Source of the DNA: Oligoflexales bacterium
GTDB taxonomy: Bacteria > Bdellovibrionota_B > Oligoflexia > Oligoflexales > JAGOVF01
NCBI GenBank assembly: GCA_018060885.1
Contig: JAGOVF010000001.1
Location: forward strand, 2,481-66,480
Direction of reading: 5' to 3'
Length of the DNA: 64,000 nt
The notes below the pieces were generated by a model. The model was not told the origin of the DNA. It saw only the letters and a list, made by a program, of their open reading frames with translations, and ran no database searches. Below are positions 37,078 through 44,637 of the stretch, one piece after another. How positions within the stretch are numbered: position 1 is the first letter of the stretch; each line of letters opens with the position of its first letter. The position numbers and the translations under genes are program-made.

Positions 37078-38398
37078 TCGCCATCACAGATCCACAAATG
37101 ACCCAGGGAACATCTGGCTTTTGCTTTTCTATTTTCGCCTGCTGCTGCCAGGCTGCACCAAAGTCTGAAAAGCATTTTAAATCATTGTGTTGAGCATTAA
37201 GTTGATCTCTACTAAACGTACGCTGATTGTTAATTTGAAACAATATTATTTTATTAAAAAAACTTCTGAGCTGGTCTAACATCTCATTAATTGCTTTTTC
37301 CCGCAAAATTGAAACGAAACATATTGTGTTTTTAAGATCGTCTGCATGTGGGAGTCTTTTCACCGCATCTAAAAAAACTTCTATTCCACTTATATTGTGA
37401 CAAACATCGAGTAGTAGTAAATAATTCTCTTTCGACCGATTAGTTTGAAATTTTCTTGTTTCAAAGCGCCCAACTAGACTTGGAGGCCGGGGCAAGTTTT
37501 TATTTTTAATGGCTTCAAGGGCCGCGTTCTCCATTTCATTTGTATAACTCTTGTGTGCTTTATTTTCCTGGCGCTTACGACTCAAGCTAAACTCGCGAAA
37601 TGCCGCGAGTGCGACACAGTAATTTTGCTGCAAGAAACGCGGCAGTGACTCCGCTTGTTTCGAAAGTTTTAATGTGTCGCCATCTTTAAACTGGCATTCT
37701 CCATTTTTCAGCCAAAAATCTCTGCCATAGATGTGAAGCTCGGATCCAGTTTTTTCTAGTAACTCAAAAAATCGCTCAAATCCAGGCTCTCCCCAAATTG
37801 GCCCGCCACCATAAAAAAGAGGCTTGCCCGCCCGTGCTATACCCAACTTTTCTTTAGCTATGCTTAACAAGTCATTACCTAAGTATTCTTGATGATCATA
37901 ACCAATCGATGTGACGATACTGATATCGGGAGCTAAGCTATTTGTTGCATCAAAACGTCCGCCAAGTCCAACTTCGAAAACTTCTACATCTAATTTTTTA
38001 GAGTAAAAAATTTCAATTGCCAATAAAGTCGCAATTTCAAAAAAAGTCAGTTCATCCCAGATATTTTCGCGAAGTTTTTCTTGTATAGAGTTAGCAGTAT
38101 TTAAAAGTTCTTGATTCGTGCAGGCTTGCGGAAAGCATAAAAATCTTTCAGCAAAACTCTTGATATGCGGAGAGGTGTACAAGCCGCACGAAAATTTAGC
38201 CTGCGCTAACATCTGCCACAGAAACGCCGCCGTTGAACCTTTGCCATTTGTACCGGCAATCAGCACCGTAGGTTTATGCGGGCGCTGGGCATATTCAAAA
38301 GCGGATAACGCCGCATTCATCCGCTCTAAACCAGGAAGAATTTGTCCTCGAGTGCGCGCGAATATCTCAATACAAAGGGCTTCAAAATCCGTCTGCAT
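37028..38398 (-). CDS. folC: Folylpolyglutamate synthase / dihydrofolate synthase
   Basis: P-loop IAGTNGKGST and Mur-ligase-type middle and C-terminal domains. Located downstream of accD, as in many bacteria. Confidence 0.85.
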   Translation of the reverse strand: MQTDFEALCIEIFARTRGQILPGLERMNAALSAFEYAQRPHKPTVLIAGTNGKGSTAAFLWQMLAQAKFSCGLYTSPHIKSFAERFLCFPQACTNQELLNTANSIQEKLRENIWDELTFFEIATLLAIEIFYSKKLDVEVFEVGLGGRFDATNSLAPDISIVTSIGYDHQEYLGNDLLSIAKEKLGIARAGKPLFYGGGPIWGEPGFERFFELLEKTGSELHIYGRDFWLKNGECQFKDGDTLKLSKQAESLPRFLQQNYCVALAAFREFSLSRKRQENKAHKSYTNEMENAALEAIKNKNLPRPPSLVGRFETRKFQTNRSKENYLLLLDVCHNISGIEVFLDAVKRLPHADDLKNTICFVSILREKAINEMLDQLRSFFNKIILFQINNQRTFSRDQLNAQHNDLKCFSDFGAAWQQQAKIEKQKPDVPWVICGSVMAIGETLVYFEKNGEFLT

Positions 38399-38410
38399 TT
38401 AAATTATCAG

Positions 38411-39262
38411 CTATTTATTTTTTACTAATATAAACTCAATAAGCTCTGCGAGCTTAGCCTTCATTTCTAAGCGTGGACATATCATGTCGAGCATTCCATG
38501 ATCGAGTAAATACTCTGAACGCTGAAATCCTTCAGGCAATTGTTGGCGTATGGTTTGTTCAATGACTCTCGGCCCTGCAAATCCGATTAATGCATTCGGT
38601 TCTGCTAAATTGATATCACCTAACATTGCAAAACTCGCGGCAACTCCGCCAGTAGTTGGGTCAGTTAACACTGAAAAAAAGGGCATCCCTGCTTCTCTTA
38701 ACCTAACGAGTGCGGCACAAGTTTTTGCCATTTGCATTAAGCTTAAAATTCCCTCCTGCATTCTCGCCCCACCCGAAGCCGTCACAATAATTGCTGGCTG
38801 TTTTTTTTCCGCGCCACGCAAGAAAACACGGGCAATTTTTTCTCCAACGACGGAGCCCATGCTTCCACCCATAAAAGCAAAGTCAAAAACACCGAGTTGC
38901 ACTTCATGGCCGAAAATACGACCTTCGCATGCAATGAGTGCGTCGTGATTGCGATTTAGTTTTTTTGCCGTTTCTTTGAGGCGAAGGGCATAAGACTTTT
39001 GATCAATAAAGTTGAGCGGGTCAACGCTGCTCAGGTCTGTATCCATAAATTTACAAGTATTTTCATCTAGCAACATTTCAATGCGTTTTAATGCAGGAAA
39101 AGGATAATGATAAGCACATTTGATACATATATAATGATTATCTTCAAATTCTTTGCGAAAAATCACCTCGTGGCAGTTACTACATTTGATCCAAAGACCT
39201 GCAGGTGTATCTGCTTTCTGACCACGTGATAGCGGCGCTTTTTCTCGTAGCAACCAAGCCAT
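38411..39262 (-). CDS. accD: Acetyl-CoA carboxylase carboxyltransferase beta subunit
   Basis: N-terminal zinc ribbon CSNCHEV...CIKCAYH, and GGSMGSVVGEK...SGGARMQEG. RBS GGAGGG. Confidence 0.95.
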   Translation of the reverse strand: MAWLLREKAPLSRGQKADTPAGLWIKCSNCHEVIFRKEFEDNHYICIKCAYHYPFPALKRIEMLLDENTCKFMDTDLSSVDPLNFIDQKSYALRLKETAKKLNRNHDALIACEGRIFGHEVQLGVFDFAFMGGSMGSVVGEKIARVFLRGAEKKQPAIIVTASGGARMQEGILSLMQMAKTCAALVRLREAGMPFFSVLTDPTTGGVAASFAMLGDINLAEPNALIGFAGPRVIEQTIRQQLPEGFQRSEYLLDHGMLDMICPRLEMKAKLAELIEFILVKNK

Positions 39263-39340
39263 ATTTCGCCCTCCGATAAAATTTCCATAAACCTACTATA
39301 AGCAGAAATTTTTGCGACATAAAATTTTCTCGATAAAAAC

Positions 39341-39368
39341 TTGCATCCTTTATTTAATTTGATATCAT
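39341..39368 (+). promoter_or_regulatory. Sigma70-like promoter candidate for the small Cys-rich ORF
   Basis: TTGCAT, a 16-nt spacer, then TATCAT, about 85 nt upstream of ATG 39454. Confidence 0.35.
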
Positions 39369-39453
39369 TGGGGAAATTCCAATTTAAAAGAGACAGGGAC
39401 GTGTAACAAGCAAGCACTAATGCTCGCGCTTGGCAAAGTAAGGAGGCTTTGAA

Positions 39454-39759
39454 ATGACTTGCGTACGAAAATGCCCACATTACATTCGGCATGGCTACCT
39501 CGCACAAGATGGCAAAACGATTCAGTTCAAAGACATGTGCGGGCTCAGCATGCGAAAAACTGAAATCCCACGTCCGAAAGTTGCGGAGCAAGAATGCTCC
39601 CATCATCCCTTTGTCAAAGGATTTGAATATTCAAGTTGTGCGACTTATTTAGCGGTCTTTAAGACTGGCGACCAACGCAATAATGCGAGTCCAACTAGCG
39701 ATTTTCAATTTTCTGATGCGTTAGCGGGTGGGTCATTGGCAGACATGGAACTCTTTTAA
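39454..39759 (+). CDS. Small Cys/His-containing hypothetical protein (101 aa)
   Basis: Strong RBS (AAGGAGG 7 nt before the ATG), and a hairpin follows the stop. No family recognised. Confidence 0.55.
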   Translation: MTCVRKCPHYIRHGYLAQDGKTIQFKDMCGLSMRKTEIPRPKVAEQECSHHPFVKGFEYSSCATYLAVFKTGDQRNNASPTSDFQFSDALAGGSLADMELF

Positions 39760-39767
39760 CTTCTTAC

Positions 39768-39786
39768 GAGACTGCAAAGCAGTCTC
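39768..39786 (+). terminator. Terminator-like hairpin after the small ORF
   Basis: GAGACTGC-aaa-GCAGTCTC, an 8-bp stem, followed by tacCTTT. The U-tract is weak. Confidence 0.35.
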
Positions 39787-39796
39787 TACCTTTGGC

Positions 39797-39921
39797 GAGG
39801 CTGCAGGGGAATTAACGATTACTGCGTTAGACCTAACTCGAAAATCCTCATGTACCCAAAAGGTACACTGCGGTTTTCTCATTACGGTCTGCCTTGTTCT
39901 CCTTAATTCTTCTGCAGCCTC
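39797..39921 (+). repeat. Family B structured repeat, copy B2 (core 39824-39902; 19-bp copy-specific outer stem)
   Basis: The outer stem gaggctgcaggggaattaa (39797-39815) pairs with ttaattcttctgcagcctc (39903-39921). Two of these pairs are G:T only on the plus strand. See B1 for the core. Confidence 0.8.
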
Positions 39922-39930
39922 TAATGTTTT

Positions 39931-39980
39931 GTCATTCTGAGCGCACCCCGTGTCATCCTGAGCCACAGGCGAAGGATCTC
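39931..39980 (+). repeat. Family C repeat fragments (GTCATTCTGAGCGCA + GTCATCCTGAGCCACAGGCGAAGGATCTC)
   Basis: This is the same word family as 26921-27026, but here only same-orientation halves are present. It is followed by a third occurrence of CGAAAATCCTC (39983-39993). Confidence 0.6.
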
Positions 39981-40073
39981 AACGAAAATCCTCTTGGGTT
40001 CAGTCCTATACCAATTTAATATTTACAACTCCCGATCTTGGTTGCGTTGAAGAAAATGGCTGGTTCTTTCTGT

Positions 40074-41645
40074 TTAGAGTTGGCCAGGTGCTGGTGAGTT
40101 CTTGTAACGACTTCGAGCGCGCACCAGGATGTTGAACCGACAGGAACAAACTTTTCCATCGGGTGCTAAGCAAGGACTGGTGAACTCTGCATCGAAAGGA
40201 GCTTTTGCGATGAGAGTTGGTTTATATTGATTGGGGCCCGACATCGGTATTTTGAACAAGGCATTGCGTTTAAATTCTGCATAAGGGCCTTTGCCCAACA
40301 TCTTTTCAGTCACATCCGTGGTCAGCCATAAATCACCGTGAGAATCAAACATTAAATTGTCTGGGCAATAAAAGCCAGACTGCTGTCCCCCAGCAATAAA
40401 TGGTTCGGCATTGAAATGCCTTCCCGAATAATCTTCTTGTTCGCTTATACGAAGCACATAGCCGTTGTAATTGCCACGTGAAACACTGTTTGTGAGGGCC
40501 ACATAGACTGCGCCGCTCTTAGGGTCAATCTTAATGTCTTCGGGGCGTTCCATCGCAGTGCCGCCAATCAGGCGAGCTGCGGCATGACAATTAATTAACA
40601 CGTCCAATTGAGATTTGAAGTTCTTCTTTAGATCGGCATTTTTATCTATATCAAGAGCAAGCCATTCACCGCGGTCTATACTTGCTACATAAAGCGTTCC
40701 GTTATCTAGAGATGTAGCAGTATCTGAGACAAATTTATAAATACAACCGCCATCGCGATCATTTCCACTATAGGCCACAGCTCTTTTATCTTTGCTAATT
40801 ATTATCGTGGCACCTTCATGACGAAAACGGCCAAGTGGAATTAATTTTTTTGCCGAGCCATTAAAAGGATTGATTTCCGTCAACCAGCCGTAATGTTCGG
40901 GCGGTCTTTTGTCGAGAGTTTCCCAGCCAAAGCTCGATGACGAAAAGTCTCGCTTTCCTGTTTGCATATTCAAGACTTGATCACCAAAAAAATCTTGGTA
41001 ATTTTCTTCTCCAGAAATAAAGGTTCCCCAAGGAGTCTTACCGCCAGAGCAATTAGCGAGAGTGCCCTTTGCAAAACTCGATCCAGCTATCTGTTGTTGC
41101 CCACTAAATTCTATAATTGTATTTGCATCTAGACGACGATTGTAAGGATCATTTTCGATAAATTGCCAAAATCCATTTTCTCTCTTTTCTACCGCGATGA
41201 TACTCACTCCGACCGCATGCATCTCCTTTTTCAGATGTTCTGGCGAGACAGGCTCATTTTCGGAACGTCCACTCACATACAAGGGATGAAATTCTTCGTG
41301 ATTTATTCCGAGTAAGGCAAATCTCAGCGAGTCCTTGTTGGGGTAAGGAAAACAGGTGATCAAATCATTGCAATCACCAAAAACATCCTTTTTGTGGCTT
41401 AGAACATCGCCGTAGTTGATGAGTAATTTAGCTTCATACCCAGGAGCTAGACTGAGTTCATCAGAATCTTGCTCTAAGGTATTCGAAAATTTGCTTTGAA
41501 TGTTTTTTGACTTTTTATTAGTAGCTTTGTGGTCTGCAGCAAAGGCACTAGGAAATTGCAATAACAAAGGCAAAGACGCGCCTAACTCAAAGGATTTGAT
41601 AAGTGCCGATCTTCGTTTAATTTGATTTTTTCCCGATAATTTCAC
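40074..41645 (-). CDS. phoX: PhoX-type (DUF839) Tat-secreted alkaline phosphatase; 3' end frameshifted
   Basis: Twin-arginine signal (KRRSALIK...AFA). Family motifs GGKTPWGTFISGEENY, GRFRHEGA, ERPEDIKIDP and PDNLMFD. GTG start with RBS GGAGG. The conserved C-terminus continues in the -1 frame to 40006 (see finding). Confidence 0.85.
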   Translation of the reverse strand: MKLSGKNQIKRRSALIKSFELGASLPLLLQFPSAFAADHKATNKKSKNIQSKFSNTLEQDSDELSLAPGYEAKLLINYGDVLSHKKDVFGDCNDLITCFPYPNKDSLRFALLGINHEEFHPLYVSGRSENEPVSPEHLKKEMHAVGVSIIAVEKRENGFWQFIENDPYNRRLDANTIIEFSGQQQIAGSSFAKGTLANCSGGKTPWGTFISGEENYQDFFGDQVLNMQTGKRDFSSSSFGWETLDKRPPEHYGWLTEINPFNGSAKKLIPLGRFRHEGATIIISKDKRAVAYSGNDRDGGCIYKFVSDTATSLDNGTLYVASIDRGEWLALDIDKNADLKKNFKSQLDVLINCHAAARLIGGTAMERPEDIKIDPKSGAVYVALTNSVSRGNYNGYVLRISEQEDYSGRHFNAEPFIAGGQQSGFYCPDNLMFDSHGDLWLTTDVTEKMLGKGPYAEFKRNALFKIPMSGPNQYKPTLIAKAPFDAEFTSPCLAPDGKVCSCRFNILVRARSRYKNSPAPGQL

Positions 41646-41648
41646 ACC

Positions 41649-41679
41649 AGGCCTCCATTAATATTCATTAATGAGGCCT
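41649..41679 (-). promoter_or_regulatory. Hairpin sequestering the phoX Shine-Dalgarno
   Basis: The minus strand reads AGGCCUCAUUAAU-gaau-AUUAAUGGAGGCCU, which is 13 bp with one bulged G. The GGAGG SD (complement of 41652-41656) lies in the 3' arm, 6 nt before the GTG start. Confidence 0.5.
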
Positions 41680-41716
41680 AGTCTATGTGATTTAGAGAAA
41701 CAAACTAAGTGCAAAT

Positions 41717-44479
41717 TTACTTATGAGCACCCAAAGCTTTTGTAGAGCTAACGCCACCAAATGCAGCTTTTTGCGCCGAGCGCTTTTGCTGGTATTCTGT
41801 AAACCAAACTAGAATAACAGGAGCAATAAATGTTGTAGATAGGGTTGCAAGACAAACGCCAAGTGCCATAGCCATTGCAAAATCCCAAATTTGTCCTGTC
41901 CCAAAAATCAAAATACCAACCAAAGATAAAAAGGTCGAAATTGAGGTGTTTATTGACCGAGCAAGTACTTCATTTAAAGATAAATTAACAATTTCTGCGT
42001 AGGACCTGCGACCTTGTATGGCCGTATTCTCTCTAATTCGATCGAAAATAACGATAGTGTCATTTACTGAATAACCGACCACTGTTAAAAAAGCTGCCAC
42101 TGTCGTCAAATCAAAAGAGCGCCAAAAGAACACGTACATTCCCATTAATAAAAATACGTCTAAAAACATTTTAGCTACCGCACCAGGTCCATAACGAATA
42201 TCAAAACGAACCGCGATATAAAGCAGAATAAAAAATATGGCAATAAATACTGAAGCCACACCCTGATTGCGCAACTCTTTTCCAACTTGTGGTCCAACAA
42301 AATCGACTTGCAATATCTCGGGGCGAGATTTTTCGAACTTTTCTAAAACTAGAGTCTGTAGCTTTTGAACATTTAATGCATCTTTCACATTACTTTGCTC
42401 TTGTTCTACTTTTGAATCCTTTCCATTAGCATTATTGGCACCTGCCCGATCAAAGCGCAAAAGGTACTGCTTTTTGCCGCCCTCTAAAGCTTGCACAGAC
42501 ATGGAATCAATCCCAGCTTGCTCCGCAACTTCGCGAATTTCACCGGGCTCAACATTTTCACCAAAGCCCAGCATAAGTTCAGTGCCACCGGCAAAATCGA
42601 CGCCCCAATTGACACCTCTAACTCCTGCTAGTCCAACGATAAAAACAGATAAAACTATGCAAGCTGCAGTAATGGTTTTACCGAGACGAAGAAAATTAAA
42701 ATTAAATACATGCGAGTTAGAAGTTTCTCCCAACCAGGTGCGAATTGCTGCATCTGACTTTGCGCGCGACAAGGCTAAATCAAACAACCATTTTGTCACC
42801 GCAAGCGAAGTGAACATCGAAACTAATAAGCCTATCATCAATGTGACGGCAAATCCGCGAATTGGACCGGAAGAATTCGTTTCTAGCAAGACTAAAGCCG
42901 CGATCAAAGTCGTCACGTTTGCATCAAAAACCGTCCAAAAAACTTTGTTATATGCAACTTCCACTGCTTTTTTTGCATTTTTACCTGACTGCAACTCTTG
43001 CCTGATTCGCTCGTTAATTAAGACATTCGCGTCGACCGCCATCCCCAAAGTCAAAATAAATCCGGCGATACCCGGCAAGGTCAAAGCGAAGCCAAATACC
43101 GCCATTAGCGCTAACAAAAATATGCCATTTAATACCAAAGCAATACAGGCTATGACTCCTGGTCGACGATAGTAAAATACCATAAAAGCCAAAACTAAAC
43201 CGAGCCCGAGCAATACTCCTTTAACACCTTGATTCGCGAGTTCAGGACCAAGAGAGGCTCCGACTTGGCGTTCTTCAAGAACAGTAATTGTTGCAGGAAG
43301 CGCGCCTGATTTCAGAATCAAAGATAAGGCCTGCGCCTCTTCTAATGCTTCGTTGTAACCACGACCACTGCCGAGAGTTATAGAAGCCGCGCCGGTAATT
43401 TTTGTTTTCAAAACCGGAGCAGAGAAAATAACGTTATCTAAAATAATAGCTAAACGCTTATTGATATTTTCGCCGCTGACATCGCCCATCCGTTTACTAC
43501 CTGGGCCAGTGAATTTCAAACCGACTTCTGGAAAGGGATCAATGTCGCCACCTTGTTGCACAAAAGCGTCAAGGATGTCTTCGCCCGTCATAGCAGTCGA
43601 AGCTTGCACGACATAACTGCGATAACGCGCTTTGTTTTTATTACCCGCAATTTCCTCGCGTTCGAAAAGAAGTTCTAAATTCTCAGGAACTAGGGGCTTC
43701 AAAAGAGTCGTAAGTTGTTCCTGATTTTCAGATAAAAAATGCGTTTGCTGTCCACTGCGCTCTGTTGTGACTCCAGCTGGCAATTGATTAGTCAAACTAT
43801 CAAAGGCGGTAAAATCTTCAGCTACAAGTTTGAATTTTAACTGAGCTGTTCGCCCCAATAATTCTTTCGCTTTTTGTGGATCGCGAAAACCAGGCAACTG
43901 CACAAGGATGGAATTGTCGGCTCGACGATTGATGAGCGGCTCAGTTACTCCCCACTTGTCGACCCGACTGCGAATCACGCGCTCAGCTTGCTCAATAGCA
44001 CTCGCCTTCACTTGTTTTACCTGCTCTTCGTCATATTTGAATTCGAGGTTGCGACCTTCTGACCCAGCCGCAACTAAACCAAAAAACTCTTTTTTAACTT
44101 CGTCAGCAAATTTTGCGGCGTCAACACCTTCTTCTAATTCTACACGTAAAACCTGTCTCTCTCGGACTAAATAAGCTGGTTTTACTTTGTACCCTTTACC
44201 TTCAGCCCAACGCGTTATTTCAACACTGTCTCGCGCCAACTTTGTATCGACAGCCTCTGCTGTGGACACTCCTAAAACAAGTTGAACGCCACCTTGAAGG
44301 TCAAGTCCAAGCTTCACATGCGAATCCGGCATCCAATTTGGAATTTTTTCTGCCAAGACTTTTTGATCATTTCGTACTTCTTTTGGTTGGCTGAAATACA
44401 CCAACGAAGGCCCGATGCCCCATAGAGCAAGGACTGTAAGGAATGCGAGAAAAGTGAAGCGCCATTTTGTAGCTTGCAT
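41717..44479 (-). CDS. secDF: Fused protein-export membrane protein SecD-SecF
   Basis: 920 aa with two 6-TM SecD/SecF-type modules, each with a large periplasmic loop. Conserved LGLDLQGG, VQLPG and GPSLG-type segments. Confidence 0.9.
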   Translation of the reverse strand: MQATKWRFTFLAFLTVLALWGIGPSLVYFSQPKEVRNDQKVLAEKIPNWMPDSHVKLGLDLQGGVQLVLGVSTAEAVDTKLARDSVEITRWAEGKGYKVKPAYLVRERQVLRVELEEGVDAAKFADEVKKEFFGLVAAGSEGRNLEFKYDEEQVKQVKASAIEQAERVIRSRVDKWGVTEPLINRRADNSILVQLPGFRDPQKAKELLGRTAQLKFKLVAEDFTAFDSLTNQLPAGVTTERSGQQTHFLSENQEQLTTLLKPLVPENLELLFEREEIAGNKNKARYRSYVVQASTAMTGEDILDAFVQQGGDIDPFPEVGLKFTGPGSKRMGDVSGENINKRLAIILDNVIFSAPVLKTKITGAASITLGSGRGYNEALEEAQALSLILKSGALPATITVLEERQVGASLGPELANQGVKGVLLGLGLVLAFMVFYYRRPGVIACIALVLNGIFLLALMAVFGFALTLPGIAGFILTLGMAVDANVLINERIRQELQSGKNAKKAVEVAYNKVFWTVFDANVTTLIAALVLLETNSSGPIRGFAVTLMIGLLVSMFTSLAVTKWLFDLALSRAKSDAAIRTWLGETSNSHVFNFNFLRLGKTITAACIVLSVFIVGLAGVRGVNWGVDFAGGTELMLGFGENVEPGEIREVAEQAGIDSMSVQALEGGKKQYLLRFDRAGANNANGKDSKVEQEQSNVKDALNVQKLQTLVLEKFEKSRPEILQVDFVGPQVGKELRNQGVASVFIAIFFILLYIAVRFDIRYGPGAVAKMFLDVFLLMGMYVFFWRSFDLTTVAAFLTVVGYSVNDTIVIFDRIRENTAIQGRRSYAEIVNLSLNEVLARSINTSISTFLSLVGILIFGTGQIWDFAMAMALGVCLATLSTTFIAPVILVWFTEYQQKRSAQKAAFGGVSSTKALGAHK

Positions 44480-44637
44480 ATCTTAAAAAACTCCCAAAAT
44501 AAAAAAACATCTTCCCAAAGCAACGAGCAGCTCACAGCTACCCGCGATTTAAGGCACCAACCAAGGCTCAACATCATAACCTAAAAGAATTAAATATTAA
44601 ATGGGCAAATTAAAGCATGAGGATCAAAAAGTCATAT

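Noticed and set aside
39163-39606. 147-aa minus-strand ORF overlapping the accD start and the small plus-strand ORF
   Set aside because: It overlaps the accD N-terminus out of frame and has no RBS. The plus-strand ORF 39454..39759 has far better start signals.
42435-43172. 245-aa ORF on the plus strand inside secDF
   Set aside because: It is antisense to a well-supported, motif-rich secDF frame. It has a low-complexity S/P/A/K composition typical of shadow ORFs.
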